Origin: a phage
Length of the DNA: 64,000 nucleotides
Direction: 5' to 3' (one strand)
Sequence record: PZ386963.1
The translations under genes and the position numbers were made by a program. Each line of letters begins with the position of its first letter. Position 1 is the first letter of the stretch. The notes beneath the pieces were generated by a model. That model worked only from the letters and a program-made list of their open reading frames with translations. It ran no database searches and was not told where the DNA came from. Below are positions 48,212 through 57,356 of the stretch, one piece after another.

Positions 48212-48547
48212 ATGGACTTGTGGCTTTATGTAGCAGTTTGTGGGATTGTATGTCTGATAATCTTATTTATTCTTGGAGTAATGCGATTTAGAGACATCAT
48301 ACAGTCAGATTTTTTGCCTGAGTTTGCCATGATAGTTGGGGTTATTACCCTTTGTGTCTTGGCAGTGTTCTATTCATACAAAACTGTGATATGGATGGAG
48401 GCAAACAATTGTGTAAAAACTCATCAGCATCGTGAGGTTACTCATTTTGTGAGTGTACTTAGTGGTAGCACCACTATACTTGTCCCACAAACTTCTGTAG
48501 AGTATCTTTACACATGTGATAATGGTAAAACTATATGGTGGAATTAA
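48212..48547 (+). CDS. membrane protein
   Basis: Multiple hydrophobic helices; start moved to ATG 48212 (GGAG RBS) because ORF-track start 48161 lies inside the terminator hairpin. Confidence 0.35.
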   Translation: MDLWLYVAVCGIVCLIILFILGVMRFRDIIQSDFLPEFAMIVGVITLCVLAVFYSYKTVIWMEANNCVKTHQHREVTHFVSVLSGSTTILVPQTSVEYLYTCDNGKTIWWN

Positions 48548-48750
48548 CAATGACAACACTCTTAAAAGTATTGATACCCATACTACATATAGCAGTCTTC
48601 TTCTTTGGTGTTAGTGTTATGGTATGGGGATTTTCAGACCCACAATGGAGTTTCTCATATCATGGTCAGATGGACTTATGGTCATGCTTCAAACCATTTT
48701 TAGGGTTAGCTATAGCATTCAGTGCATTACCAACTAAGGTGAAATTATGA
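48535..48750 (+). CDS. small membrane protein
   Basis: 71 aa, two hydrophobic segments. Confidence 0.3.
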   Translation: MVELTMTTLLKVLIPILHIAVFFFGVSVMVWGFSDPQWSFSYHGQMDLWSCFKPFLGLAIAFSALPTKVKL

Positions 48751-49142
48751 TTAAGTTGAGCCAAAAACAGTTAGAGTGGATTAAAGATTATGCCTCAGAG
48801 TGTGGCTCTTGCGAAAAGAATCACGTAAGATACTCAACATTCCACACGGTCTTCACATTGTATATTGGTGACAATGTTCTAAGTGATTCTGTAGAAGATA
48901 GTGTAGCATTACCTAATGAATTACTTGATAAACTAGCTGTAGTCTCTGGAACTTGGTCTGAAGAAGATGGTCACAAACTATCTGACGATGTTGTCTTCTA
49001 CACCCTTGAAAACATCATGAATCCAGAGTACATTATGCTAATGACTTGCGCACAAGATTGTGTACCATTACAAAACTTTATTAAAGAGCACTGTGAAGAG
49101 TTTATTACTAAACAGGTTCCTTGTCAGGTGGTGTTTGAATGA
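48747..49142 (+). CDS. hypothetical Cys-rich protein
   Basis: 131-aa ORF. Confidence 0.3.
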   Translation: MIKLSQKQLEWIKDYASECGSCEKNHVRYSTFHTVFTLYIGDNVLSDSVEDSVALPNELLDKLAVVSGTWSEEDGHKLSDDVVFYTLENIMNPEYIMLMTCAQDCVPLQNFIKEHCEEFITKQVPCQVVFE

Positions 49143-49438
49143 GTAAAACAATTCGAAGAAAAGGTTTAAAGAACGTTCATGGGCTTTATGAGTGGAGAAA
49201 TGAGGTACGTAACAGAGAAAACGCTTCAGATGTCTACTTCCATTCTGATATGATGTCCAGAAAAGGTGGCTCTTATGACTTTACAAGCCAACCTTGTAGA
49301 GAGATTAAGAAGGCTACTAAACGTCTTACAAGAACACAAATAAGGCAGCTTTCTAAGACATCTTTCTTAGATGAAGACTTTGACATTGATAGTAAGTCCC
49401 CAAAGAAAGCTGCTAAGAATACTTATATGTATTGGTGA
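49139..49438 (+). CDS. hypothetical basic protein
   Basis: 99-aa ORF. Confidence 0.3.
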   Translation: MSKTIRRKGLKNVHGLYEWRNEVRNRENASDVYFHSDMMSRKGGSYDFTSQPCREIKKATKRLTRTQIRQLSKTSFLDEDFDIDSKSPKKAAKNTYMYW

Positions 49439-49447
49439 GGTAACTAG

Positions 49448-49933
49448 ATGAATTACATGGAGATTAGACCATTTGACACAGCTAATGGTGAAGGGGTTCG
49501 TGTAAGCCTCTTCGTAGCTGGTTGTAAGCATCACTGTGAAGGCTGCTTTAACAGGGAGTCTTGGAAGTTTAATGCTGGTAAAGTGTTCACTTATGCAAAC
49601 CTATATGGAATCATCCAGTTAATGGGTGATGATGCTGTCAGTGGGTTGTCAATACTTGGTGGAGAACCTCTGGATGATAGAAATATTCAAGAGGTTACCG
49701 ACATATGCAAACGTGTTAAAACTATTTATCCAGAGAAGTCTATATGGCTTTGGACAGGTTTTCAACTACACGAAAAAATTCACCTAGATGTAATGAAATA
49801 TGTTGACGTGGTGATTGATGGTAAGTATGATTCATCTAAACCAACAGTTAAACCATATCGTGGTTCTGATAACCAAAACCTCTGGAGAAAAGAGTATGGA
49901 TGGCAAGGCGATTGTCAATGGCGAGCAGAGTGA
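49448..49933 (+). CDS. nrdG: anaerobic RNR activating enzyme (radical SAM)
   Basis: CKHHCEGC = CxxxCxxC radical-SAM motif; 161 aa; near nrdD. Confidence 0.75.
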   Translation: MNYMEIRPFDTANGEGVRVSLFVAGCKHHCEGCFNRESWKFNAGKVFTYANLYGIIQLMGDDAVSGLSILGGEPLDDRNIQEVTDICKRVKTIYPEKSIWLWTGFQLHEKIHLDVMKYVDVVIDGKYDSSKPTVKPYRGSDNQNLWRKEYGWQGDCQWRAE

Positions 49934-50171
49934 TTATTCTGGCAAATGGACTTACGACATCAACAAGTTAGATGCTTGGATGATTTATACGAGAGAAAAA
50001 TTTGGTGCAAGTTCATTATGTGCTCTTGCAACGATGGTGAAGAACGTTACCTTTGACATTCATGACTCAGATAAGTTTGGAGACTTCTACAGGATTCAAA
50101 ACATCAGAGAAGGTATGACTCCAATTGGTATCACTGAAGAAGAACTTCATAAGTTCTGTATTAAACTTTAA
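49896..50171 (+). CDS. hypothetical protein
   Basis: Start set at ATG 49896 (GGAG RBS) within ORF-track ORF 49815..50171. Confidence 0.3.
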   Translation: MDGKAIVNGEQSDYSGKWTYDINKLDAWMIYTREKFGASSLCALATMVKNVTFDIHDSDKFGDFYRIQNIREGMTPIGITEEELHKFCIKL

Positions 50172-50186
50172 TGAGAGAGACTAAAA

Positions 50187-50453
50187 ATGGGAATTTTAGG
50201 TAATATGAAAGCTGGATTCTTGAAAGCACTGGCAAAAGCAGCAGCAATTGTTTCTATGACTGGAAAGCAGGTCGGTGTAGATGCTTCAGCGGTTGCACAG
50301 ATTCTTACAAGCCAAATTGAACAGCAGCCTTACATCTATGTAGGACGTGGTAAAGGTGGTAAGAAACAAGCCCACAGCCAGTCTGGTGCAGCAGCTATTA
50401 AACGAGCAGCTAAGAAAGCTCGTAACCGTAAACGTAACAAGAAGGCTAAATAA
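50187..50453 (+). CDS. small protein with highly basic Lys/Arg-rich C-terminus
   Basis: 88 aa; C-terminal KRAAKKARNRKRNKKAK. Confidence 0.3.
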   Translation: MGILGNMKAGFLKALAKAAAIVSMTGKQVGVDASAVAQILTSQIEQQPYIYVGRGKGGKKQAHSQSGAAAIKRAAKKARNRKRNKKAK

Positions 50454-50455
50454 CC

Positions 50456-50776
50456 ATGAGCAAAGTTTATAACACTCGCAAATTACAGATTTTCGTACTG
50501 TGCCAGTTTATGGCTAAAGAATATAACTTCTACTATTGTGGTACAGGTTTTATCAGCGATGATGATGGCTCATACCTCCCATTCAAAGAAGCTGTAAAGC
50601 TCTTTAATGAAGAGGAAAGCTCTAAGAAAGATATTGAAAAGGTTAAGCTAACCTACAGCAAGAAAGATAAGAAGATTATCTGCCTAGATAACTTTGTAAA
50701 AGTTACTGGAGAAGCAAAAGAGTTTATGGATGAGAGTGAGATTTCATTCACAAGCATCTTGAAAGTAGCTCAGTAA
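50456..50776 (+). CDS. hypothetical protein
   Basis: 106-aa ORF. Confidence 0.3.
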   Translation: MSKVYNTRKLQIFVLCQFMAKEYNFYYCGTGFISDDDGSYLPFKEAVKLFNEEESSKKDIEKVKLTYSKKDKKIICLDNFVKVTGEAKEFMDESEISFTSILKVAQ

Positions 50777-50788
50777 ACAGATACTATA

Positions 50789-50819
50789 AGGGAACTGTAA
50801 AGGTTCCCTTTTTTATTTT
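50789..50819 (+). terminator. rho-independent terminator
   Basis: AGGGAAC-loop-GTTCCCT then TTTTTTATTTT. Confidence 0.6.
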
Positions 50820-50828
50820 GGAGATAAA

Positions 50829-51344
50829 ATGTATCTGTCAAACCTGAAACGTTCGGCTGCAATGTCAGTTCTAAGACTCAGCTTTGAGGAACGTCAAGAG
50901 TTCATTGACTCCCACCAATACGACCCTTCTAACTCGAATCACATGGTTCTTTGGAATCGTGATAACTTCCGTGAAAGAGCACTTGTCCGTTATTACCCAC
51001 ACTACACAATAGATAACCTGTATGAATGGTGCGTTGTGAAGAACACTATTGCAACACTGAACAATCTTTGCAGGTATACAGGTAAGCAAGCATTTACATT
51101 AGGCCACCACAAACCTGTTACAAAGGGTGGTGAGCATCACTGCGCAAACTGGTTTATCCAGACTAAACTTGATAACCAGAAGCAAGGGGATAATCTTCTA
51201 AGCACACCTAAGATGACCTATGAAGAGCAAGAGAAATATATCAAAAATAATATGCCAGATGTGCTTGACAACAACTATACAGATTTGGCAATATCTCTCC
51301 TGTTGAAGTTCGAGACAGTTTATAGGGCAACTTACAATGGCTAA
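50829..51344 (+). CDS. putative HNH endonuclease
   Basis: GHHKPVTKGGEHHCANW..N resembles the HNH His/Asn core; 171 aa. Confidence 0.4.
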   Translation: MYLSNLKRSAAMSVLRLSFEERQEFIDSHQYDPSNSNHMVLWNRDNFRERALVRYYPHYTIDNLYEWCVVKNTIATLNNLCRYTGKQAFTLGHHKPVTKGGEHHCANWFIQTKLDNQKQGDNLLSTPKMTYEEQEKYIKNNMPDVLDNNYTDLAISLLLKFETVYRATYNG

Positions 51345-51615
51345 AGAGAAGTGGGAGATTTTACCATTAGTCAGTGAAGGTGGTAATGGTTGTGAAATGT
51401 ACATGATACGTGGTCATGTTCCAGAACCAATTGCACTTGAGATGGTAAACAACTTTACAGATGGTTCTTACAAAGACTTAGGAGAGCCAACTATAAAGCA
51501 GCAATGGGTAAAGCCTGTACCAGACAGCACAGGTAACTGTAGTGTACTTTATCACGTTGTAGACCCTGCAAAATGCAAATCTGCAATGGCAGTAACAAAC
51601 GTAACTTTTGATTGA
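51337..51615 (+). CDS. hypothetical protein
   Basis: 92-aa ORF. Confidence 0.3.
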   Translation: MAKEKWEILPLVSEGGNGCEMYMIRGHVPEPIALEMVNNFTDGSYKDLGEPTIKQQWVKPVPDSTGNCSVLYHVVDPAKCKSAMAVTNVTFD

Positions 51616-52508
51616 GAGAGAAAACTATGAAAACTGTTATTGAAGCCGTCGTCACCGCACAAGAGAAATTCTTCCACACAGAAAAATTTAATATCATTCA
51701 ATTCCCATCTGGAGAAATTGGTGGAAACTTCTCTGAAGATTTTGTTAAGTTTACTGAGCGTAATGCTGGTAAGATTGACAATGTTATACTTACTGTACAG
51801 GGATATGACAAAGATACACTGTTTGCATTAGCTTTGGCTAAGGATGCCGTTGACAGTCTTGTTCCCCAGAAATCAGCGATGAAAACCGTTGTTTTCGGGT
51901 TCTTACCAAATGCTCGATATGACCGCCACATGTTCAAAGGTGATGCAGCAGCACTGAAAGTCTTTGCCAACCTAGTTAATGCAATGGGCTTTGATGCAGT
52001 ATGTGCTCTTGACCCTCACAGCAATGTTGCAGAAAACTTATTTAAGTGCTTTCAGAGCATGAAGCAAAAAGATGTGGCAGTACACTTTGCAAGTGACCCA
52101 CGCATTGATTTCTTGGTAGCCCCAGATGCAGGTGCAGCTAAGAAGACTGAAGATGCCGCTAAAGAGGTGGATAAACCATATATCACAATGGCTAAGGTGC
52201 GAAACCTTAAGACTGGAGAAATCACTGGTATGCGAATCCTTGACGATGTTGATTTGACCGATAAAACTGTCATGATTCTTGATGATATCTGTGATGGTGG
52301 TCGAACATTCGTAGAGGCAGCTAAACACCTACGTGAAGCAGGTGCAAAACGTGTGGAACTCTATGTAACTCATGGTATTTTCTCTAAAGGTGTTGAAAAC
52401 TTACTTGACAATGGTATTGACCATATCTACACTACAAACACTTTAGGTGAAGCTAAAGACCGTGGCTTAACACATTACGGCCAAGTTACTGTAGCAACCA
52501 TTGATTGA
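51612..52508 (+). CDS. ribose-phosphate pyrophosphokinase-like enzyme (Prs family; could be ADPR-pyrophosphate synthetase)
   Basis: Collinear with E. coli Prs; PRPP-binding loop VMILDDICDGGRT; C-terminus GAKRVELYVTHGIFS. Confidence 0.7.
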   Translation: MREKTMKTVIEAVVTAQEKFFHTEKFNIIQFPSGEIGGNFSEDFVKFTERNAGKIDNVILTVQGYDKDTLFALALAKDAVDSLVPQKSAMKTVVFGFLPNARYDRHMFKGDAAALKVFANLVNAMGFDAVCALDPHSNVAENLFKCFQSMKQKDVAVHFASDPRIDFLVAPDAGAAKKTEDAAKEVDKPYITMAKVRNLKTGEITGMRILDDVDLTDKTVMILDDICDGGRTFVEAAKHLREAGAKRVELYVTHGIFSKGVENLLDNGIDHIYTTNTLGEAKDRGLTHYGQVTVATID

Positions 52509-52517
52509 AACTTTATA

Positions 52518-52538
52518 GGGGCTTGAAAGCCCCATTTT
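52518..52538 (+). terminator. weak terminator-like hairpin
   Basis: GGGGC-TTGAAA-GCCCC then ATTTT. Confidence 0.35.
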
Positions 52539-52553
52539 GAGAGAGATTAAAAG

Positions 52554-54335
52554 ATGACTAAATCACTTTATGCAGTACCAGCAGGTTTAAACGCAGATGC
52601 TTACAAATCTGGTCATGTTTACCAGTATCCTAGTGCAACAGAGTACTTGATGTTCAACCTGACACCACGTAGCGACAAATGGTTTAACAGCCCTTTAGCA
52701 ATTGATGGTGTAGTGGCTTTTGGTATTCAACGTTTTGTTAAAGATTACTTGATAGACCACTGGAACGCCACTTTCTTTGAACGTGATAAAAAAGAAGCAA
52801 TTGACGAAATCTTAGAAGTCATGAATGGTGTTCTGGGTAAAGATACTATCGGTCGAGAGCATTGGGAAGCACTTCACGACTTAGGTTATCTGCCAGTTGA
52901 AGTATACGCTGTAGAAGAAGGCACAGTTGTCCCGATGCGTGTCCCAATGATTGTCTTCCAGAACACTGTTTCAGGTTTCCATTGGGTAGCAGGTTATCTG
53001 GAAGATGCTTTCTCTGCTGAGATTTGGAAGGCTTGCACCATTGCAACTATCGCATTGCACTACAAACGTATCTGTAAGAAGTGGGCTGACCTTACTTGCG
53101 ACAACGACTTACATTTACCTTATCAGTGCCATGACTTTGCTATGCGTGGTATGTCCGGCTTTACTGATGACGCATTTAACGCTGTAGGCCACTTAACCAG
53201 CTTTAAAGGAACTGATAGCTTCCCTGCTGTATACACGGCTAAACGCATCTATGGACAGTCTTACCCAATCTGTGATATTGGTAGCTCTGTACCAGCCACT
53301 GAACACTCTGTAATGTGTGCAAACATTGCTTGGGGAGGTGGTAATGAACTGATTGAAGAAGAAAGACGCTTTAAAGGTGAGTTACAAACCTTCCGTCGTT
53401 TCTTAACAGAAACTTACCCAACTGGTATTGCAAGTATTGTTTCAGATACTTATAACTTCTGGAGAACTGTGTCAGAAATCTTACCAGCACTCCGTAAAGA
53501 AATTATGGAACGTGATGGCAAACTGGTAATTCGTCCTGACTCTGGAGACCCTGTACATATTGTCACAGGTTATAAAGCAATCCACTTAGAGTGTGCTAAG
53601 AAGGCTTATTATGAGCACCTAAGCAAGCTGGAAGCCAGTGACACAATGTTGAATGCTGTTCTGAACATGAAGCTTGAAAACATCAGCTATGGTATTGCTG
53701 GATGGCTACTGTCAGAAGGCTACGAAATGGTTGTTGACAGAGAAGACTTTGAAGCTGCTGATACAGTGATGTTGAAAAATGCTTATATGGTTGGTTCTGC
53801 AAACGTTGTAACACGCCCTGTAGCTGAGATTGATGGAGCTATTAAGACACTGTACAACATCTTTGGGGGAACTATTAACTCTAAAGGGTTTAAGGTACTG
53901 GATGAGCACATCGGCCTTATCTATGGTGACTCTATCACGCTGGAACGTGCAAACGAAATCCTGAAGCGTCTGTATGAAATGGGTTTTGCAAGCTCTAACG
54001 TAGTGTTTGGTGTAGGTTCTTACACTTACCAGTACATGACTCGTGACACCTTTGCATTTGCTGTCAAAGCAACTCTTGCAAGCATTGGTGGTAAAGAGAT
54101 TATGCTTGCAAAAGACCCTAAAACAGATAGTGGTGTTAAGAAATCTGCCTTTGGTGGTGTAGCACCTATGTGGGATGGGGATAAGCTGAAAGCTGTAGAT
54201 GGCTATGGATTCCAGAGTTTTGCAGATGCACTTGACCACCCAGCTTGTGCTTTACGTTTAGTCTTTAGCGACTCTGAGCAGTTCGGTTACACAACTCTTG
54301 GTGATATTCGAAATAATATTGACAAGCAGCTTTAA
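52554..54335 (+). CDS. nadV: nicotinamide phosphoribosyltransferase-like enzyme (Nampt/NadV family; could be Namat)
   Basis: Shares ADAYKSGH, HDFAMRG, FKGTDS, PATEHS, VSDTYNFW, IRPDSGDP motifs with Nampt; 593 aa with an apparent insertion. Confidence 0.75.
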   Translation: MTKSLYAVPAGLNADAYKSGHVYQYPSATEYLMFNLTPRSDKWFNSPLAIDGVVAFGIQRFVKDYLIDHWNATFFERDKKEAIDEILEVMNGVLGKDTIGREHWEALHDLGYLPVEVYAVEEGTVVPMRVPMIVFQNTVSGFHWVAGYLEDAFSAEIWKACTIATIALHYKRICKKWADLTCDNDLHLPYQCHDFAMRGMSGFTDDAFNAVGHLTSFKGTDSFPAVYTAKRIYGQSYPICDIGSSVPATEHSVMCANIAWGGGNELIEEERRFKGELQTFRRFLTETYPTGIASIVSDTYNFWRTVSEILPALRKEIMERDGKLVIRPDSGDPVHIVTGYKAIHLECAKKAYYEHLSKLEASDTMLNAVLNMKLENISYGIAGWLLSEGYEMVVDREDFEAADTVMLKNAYMVGSANVVTRPVAEIDGAIKTLYNIFGGTINSKGFKVLDEHIGLIYGDSITLERANEILKRLYEMGFASSNVVFGVGSYTYQYMTRDTFAFAVKATLASIGGKEIMLAKDPKTDSGVKKSAFGGVAPMWDGDKLKAVDGYGFQSFADALDHPACALRLVFSDSEQFGYTTLGDIRNNIDKQL

Positions 54336-54349
54336 AAGTATATGATAAG

Positions 54350-54372
54350 AGGCTCCTACGGGAGCCTTTTTA
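54350..54372 (+). terminator. rho-independent terminator
   Basis: AGGCTCC-TACG-GGAGCCT then TTTTT. Confidence 0.6.
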
Positions 54373-54388
54373 ATTTCTGGAGAAAGAT

Positions 54389-54724
54389 ATGAAAATCAAA
54401 GAGATGAACATTAACGTTGTCCTAGAAGAACGTTGGGAAAACATTAAGAAACCTGAAGATGGTAAAAAGTTCCTTAACAAAATTTTAGTAGCAGCTAAAG
54501 AAGAACTGACTGGCAAGATTGCAGCAGCAATCACAATAAAAGTCTGTGTAAAAGGTCTTCCACAACATCACCAATTTGCACTTGACGAGTTTAAAGAAAG
54601 CTTCTACAATCCAAACAAACAGATACTTGAAAGTAACTTTGCAGTGTCTACAAGTATCGTCCATGACAGAAGCTTTATCCTTTACAAAAACATGAGAGGT
54701 GAGTCATGCAAGCATATTGGATAG
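54389..54724 (+). CDS. hypothetical protein
   Basis: 111-aa ORF with good RBS. Confidence 0.3.
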   Translation: MKIKEMNINVVLEERWENIKKPEDGKKFLNKILVAAKEELTGKIAAAITIKVCVKGLPQHHQFALDEFKESFYNPNKQILESNFAVSTSIVHDRSFILYKNMRGESCKHIG

Positions 54725-54882
54725 AAATTTTACTGTCACTTGGTAGTGTAGCAGTATTTGTTTACCTTCTTTGCAAGTACTATGCAGAGCACAAGAAGTG
54801 TGACTACTGTAACGGAGAAGGGTACACAAGAGCAGGCTGTTGCCCTATGTGTGGTGGTTCTGGTAAAATGTTTAATAAGTAA
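54706..54882 (+). CDS. small membrane-anchored DnaJ-type zinc-finger protein (58 aa, not in ORF track)
   Basis: N-terminal hydrophobic helix, then CDYCNGEG..CCPMCGGSG (CxxCxGxG x2). Confidence 0.35.
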   Translation: MQAYWIEILLSLGSVAVFVYLLCKYYAEHKKCDYCNGEGYTRAGCCPMCGGSGKMFNK

Positions 54883-54910
54883 TTTAACAGTAAACTAAGA
54901 GGAAAGTATT

Positions 54911-57277
54911 ATGCGCATGGTAAATGACCACGCAGAAGTGATTAAGAGTTCAACTTCTTTGGAGACATCTCAAGCACAGATTACAATGACACCTGAAATG
55001 TTCAGCCTTCTGAGTTCTGGTGTATACACATTCAAAGAAAGGGCAGTGATTCGTGAACTGTCATGTAATGCAGTAGATGCTCAGAAAGAAGCTGGAAAAG
55101 AGAACATCCCATTCCATGTGCATTTACCTACTCGATTTGAGCCTTACTTTGAAGTCCGTGACTTTGGAACTGGTTTAACCCATGACAAAGTAATGAGTTT
55201 GTACCTGAACTACGGGGCTTCTACGAAGAATGACTCTAATGATTACATTGGTGCAATGGGTATCGGCTCAAAATCACCATTTGCAATTGCTCAGTCATTC
55301 ACAGTGTCTAGCTATGTTGATGGTGTTGTTAATAAGTACTCTGTTTACCTTGAGAATGGTATCCCTCAAGTAACTAAGCTTACTACTAACCCAACAAATG
55401 AACCTAATGGCTTAGCTGTACGTGTGGCAGTTGCTGACCACCGTATTTCAAAGTTCTTTGAAGAGGCTGGTCACGTATACTCATACTTTGCTGTAAAACC
55501 AGAAAGTAACATTGTATATGATGATGTGTTAGCAGATATGAACGTCATTGCTCGTGAAGAAGGTGTTTATGATGCCATGATTCATAAGCAAAGCTGGCGT
55601 TCTAGTGGTAACAGGACAGAGTTTAATGTGGTGATGGGTAATATTGCCTATCCAGTGAACATGGAAGCATTACTTGGTGATGATTTCTTCAAAGTCTTGC
55701 CAGAGTTTTTCCGTAGGAGCGTAGACCTTGTAAACATTTACATGCCTATTGGTTCAGTCGCTATTGCAGCTTCTCGTGAAGCATTGCAGATGAATGATAC
55801 GACAAAAAATGTTATCATTGAGGCTACTAAAAAGATAACTGAAGCAATTACAAAGGATGTTATCAAGAAAGTTAATAGCCAACCTACACTCATGGATGCT
55901 GCACAGGCTTATGCAGAGTTACGTTTGAACTCACGAGAAATGTTTAATGCTGTGTGTCCAAAGCTAGAGTGGGGAGGTGTTAAGCTTGATTCTCTGGAAG
56001 AAGAATTGCTAAACATTCGTCGTGGGATTATCTACGCAGAAGACGGCTCAGTCATTTATGAACGTGACGGTAAAGGTAATATCAAGGTTGATAGGAACGG
56101 GAACAATATCCCTAAAGTGGATTATCTTTATAATCCAGTTGCTTATGTCAAGTTCAACTCTTTAGAGAGTAAGATTCGTGCAACAGCACTTTCCTACACT
56201 CAAGAGGCAAGTATGTTCAATATCTTTGGTGCAATGCGTAAAAGCCAAATTGAACAGTTTTTGTTCGTGATAAATGACCGTCGTAATAAAAATGGCACTG
56301 AGAAGACTGTAGGCCGCAATCAGATTCTGCGTGGTGCATGTCGAGATTACGCCAATGAGTCAAATCTGTTTCACAGATACAATGGTATTGTGTTTGTATT
56401 CTCGACTGAAAAAGAGTTAGATGATTTAATCAACCTGCATAAACTTGATAAAAGTTTGTTAAAGATTGTGAAAATGTCTGATAAGGAGCACCATTACCAG
56501 CGTAAAGAATCTGTCAGGGGTGTTGTAAAACTCTGGAAAGCAGTTCCGGCAGAAGGTGTAGCCTCCTACAAAGAGGTGTCAGAAGACTTAGACACAATTG
56601 AAGAACCTCAGCTTTACATTAAGGCAGTTGGTGACACAGTTGATGGCGAATGTTTTTGCTCATCTCCAGAAGATGTAGCTAAGTCAGTTGCTAATGTTAT
56701 AGGGAAGACAGTCTATGTTTTCCGAAAAGCAAATTGGAAAAAGATACCAGAAGACTGGATTGAAGTAGATGAGAAGCTTTTGAACGACAGCTTAACTGAT
56801 GTTCATTGGATTAATCATAACAGGTATATGACACGCATCTACATGAATGGTGTTCTTGACCTTACAAGCAGTTGGATTATTGCCAGAAACTTTACATTCA
56901 ATAACAGGAAGATTTCTCGTGGCTATTGCTATTCACGAGATACTAGCAAAACTATCTTCCTAGAAGGTAATGAAGAGGCTGTAGAGGCTATGTTCGGTAA
57001 AATCCAGTATGTTGCTGCACCGTTTGCATACACTTACACTATTAGTAGATTGCAAACTTTGAAAGAATGCCTTGACAATGATACAAAACTGTACAAGAAA
57101 ATTAAGAAAGCTGGTGACCGCATGGTCATTAAGGTGACAAACTACCTTTCAAAAAGAAAACAAGAGAACTTCTTGCTTTCTCATTTAGATTGGAATAAAG
57201 TGTCACCCATCGAAGTGAGTAAGTTCTTAGGCTTTGATGTGAAGTGTGTTCCAGAAGGGACTACAATTTACGATTAA
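54911..57277 (+). CDS. rIIA: rIIA-like protein with N-terminal GHKL (Bergerat-fold) ATPase domain
   Basis: N-box-like ELSCNAVDA, G1-like VRDFGTGL, G2-like GAMGIGSKS in first ~120 aa; 788 aa; followed by a ~376-aa partner. Confidence 0.5.
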   Translation: MRMVNDHAEVIKSSTSLETSQAQITMTPEMFSLLSSGVYTFKERAVIRELSCNAVDAQKEAGKENIPFHVHLPTRFEPYFEVRDFGTGLTHDKVMSLYLNYGASTKNDSNDYIGAMGIGSKSPFAIAQSFTVSSYVDGVVNKYSVYLENGIPQVTKLTTNPTNEPNGLAVRVAVADHRISKFFEEAGHVYSYFAVKPESNIVYDDVLADMNVIAREEGVYDAMIHKQSWRSSGNRTEFNVVMGNIAYPVNMEALLGDDFFKVLPEFFRRSVDLVNIYMPIGSVAIAASREALQMNDTTKNVIIEATKKITEAITKDVIKKVNSQPTLMDAAQAYAELRLNSREMFNAVCPKLEWGGVKLDSLEEELLNIRRGIIYAEDGSVIYERDGKGNIKVDRNGNNIPKVDYLYNPVAYVKFNSLESKIRATALSYTQEASMFNIFGAMRKSQIEQFLFVINDRRNKNGTEKTVGRNQILRGACRDYANESNLFHRYNGIVFVFSTEKELDDLINLHKLDKSLLKIVKMSDKEHHYQRKESVRGVVKLWKAVPAEGVASYKEVSEDLDTIEEPQLYIKAVGDTVDGECFCSSPEDVAKSVANVIGKTVYVFRKANWKKIPEDWIEVDEKLLNDSLTDVHWINHNRYMTRIYMNGVLDLTSSWIIARNFTFNNRKISRGYCYSRDTSKTIFLEGNEEAVEAMFGKIQYVAAPFAYTYTISRLQTLKECLDNDTKLYKKIKKAGDRMVIKVTNYLSKRKQENFLLSHLDWNKVSPIEVSKFLGFDVKCVPEGTTIYD

Positions 57278-57282
57278 AGTGT

Positions 57283-57312
57283 TTGACAAGGGGCTTCAAA
57301 GCCCCTTAGAAT
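57283..57312 (+). promoter_or_regulatory. promoter-like TTGACA-18-TAGAAT with GGGGCTTCAAAGCCCC hairpin in the spacer
   Basis: Read directly between rIIA-like and rIIB-like genes. Confidence 0.35.
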
Positions 57313-57356
57313 AGCCTTACAAAATGGTTTATTAACTAACAAGAGAGAGTAATAAG

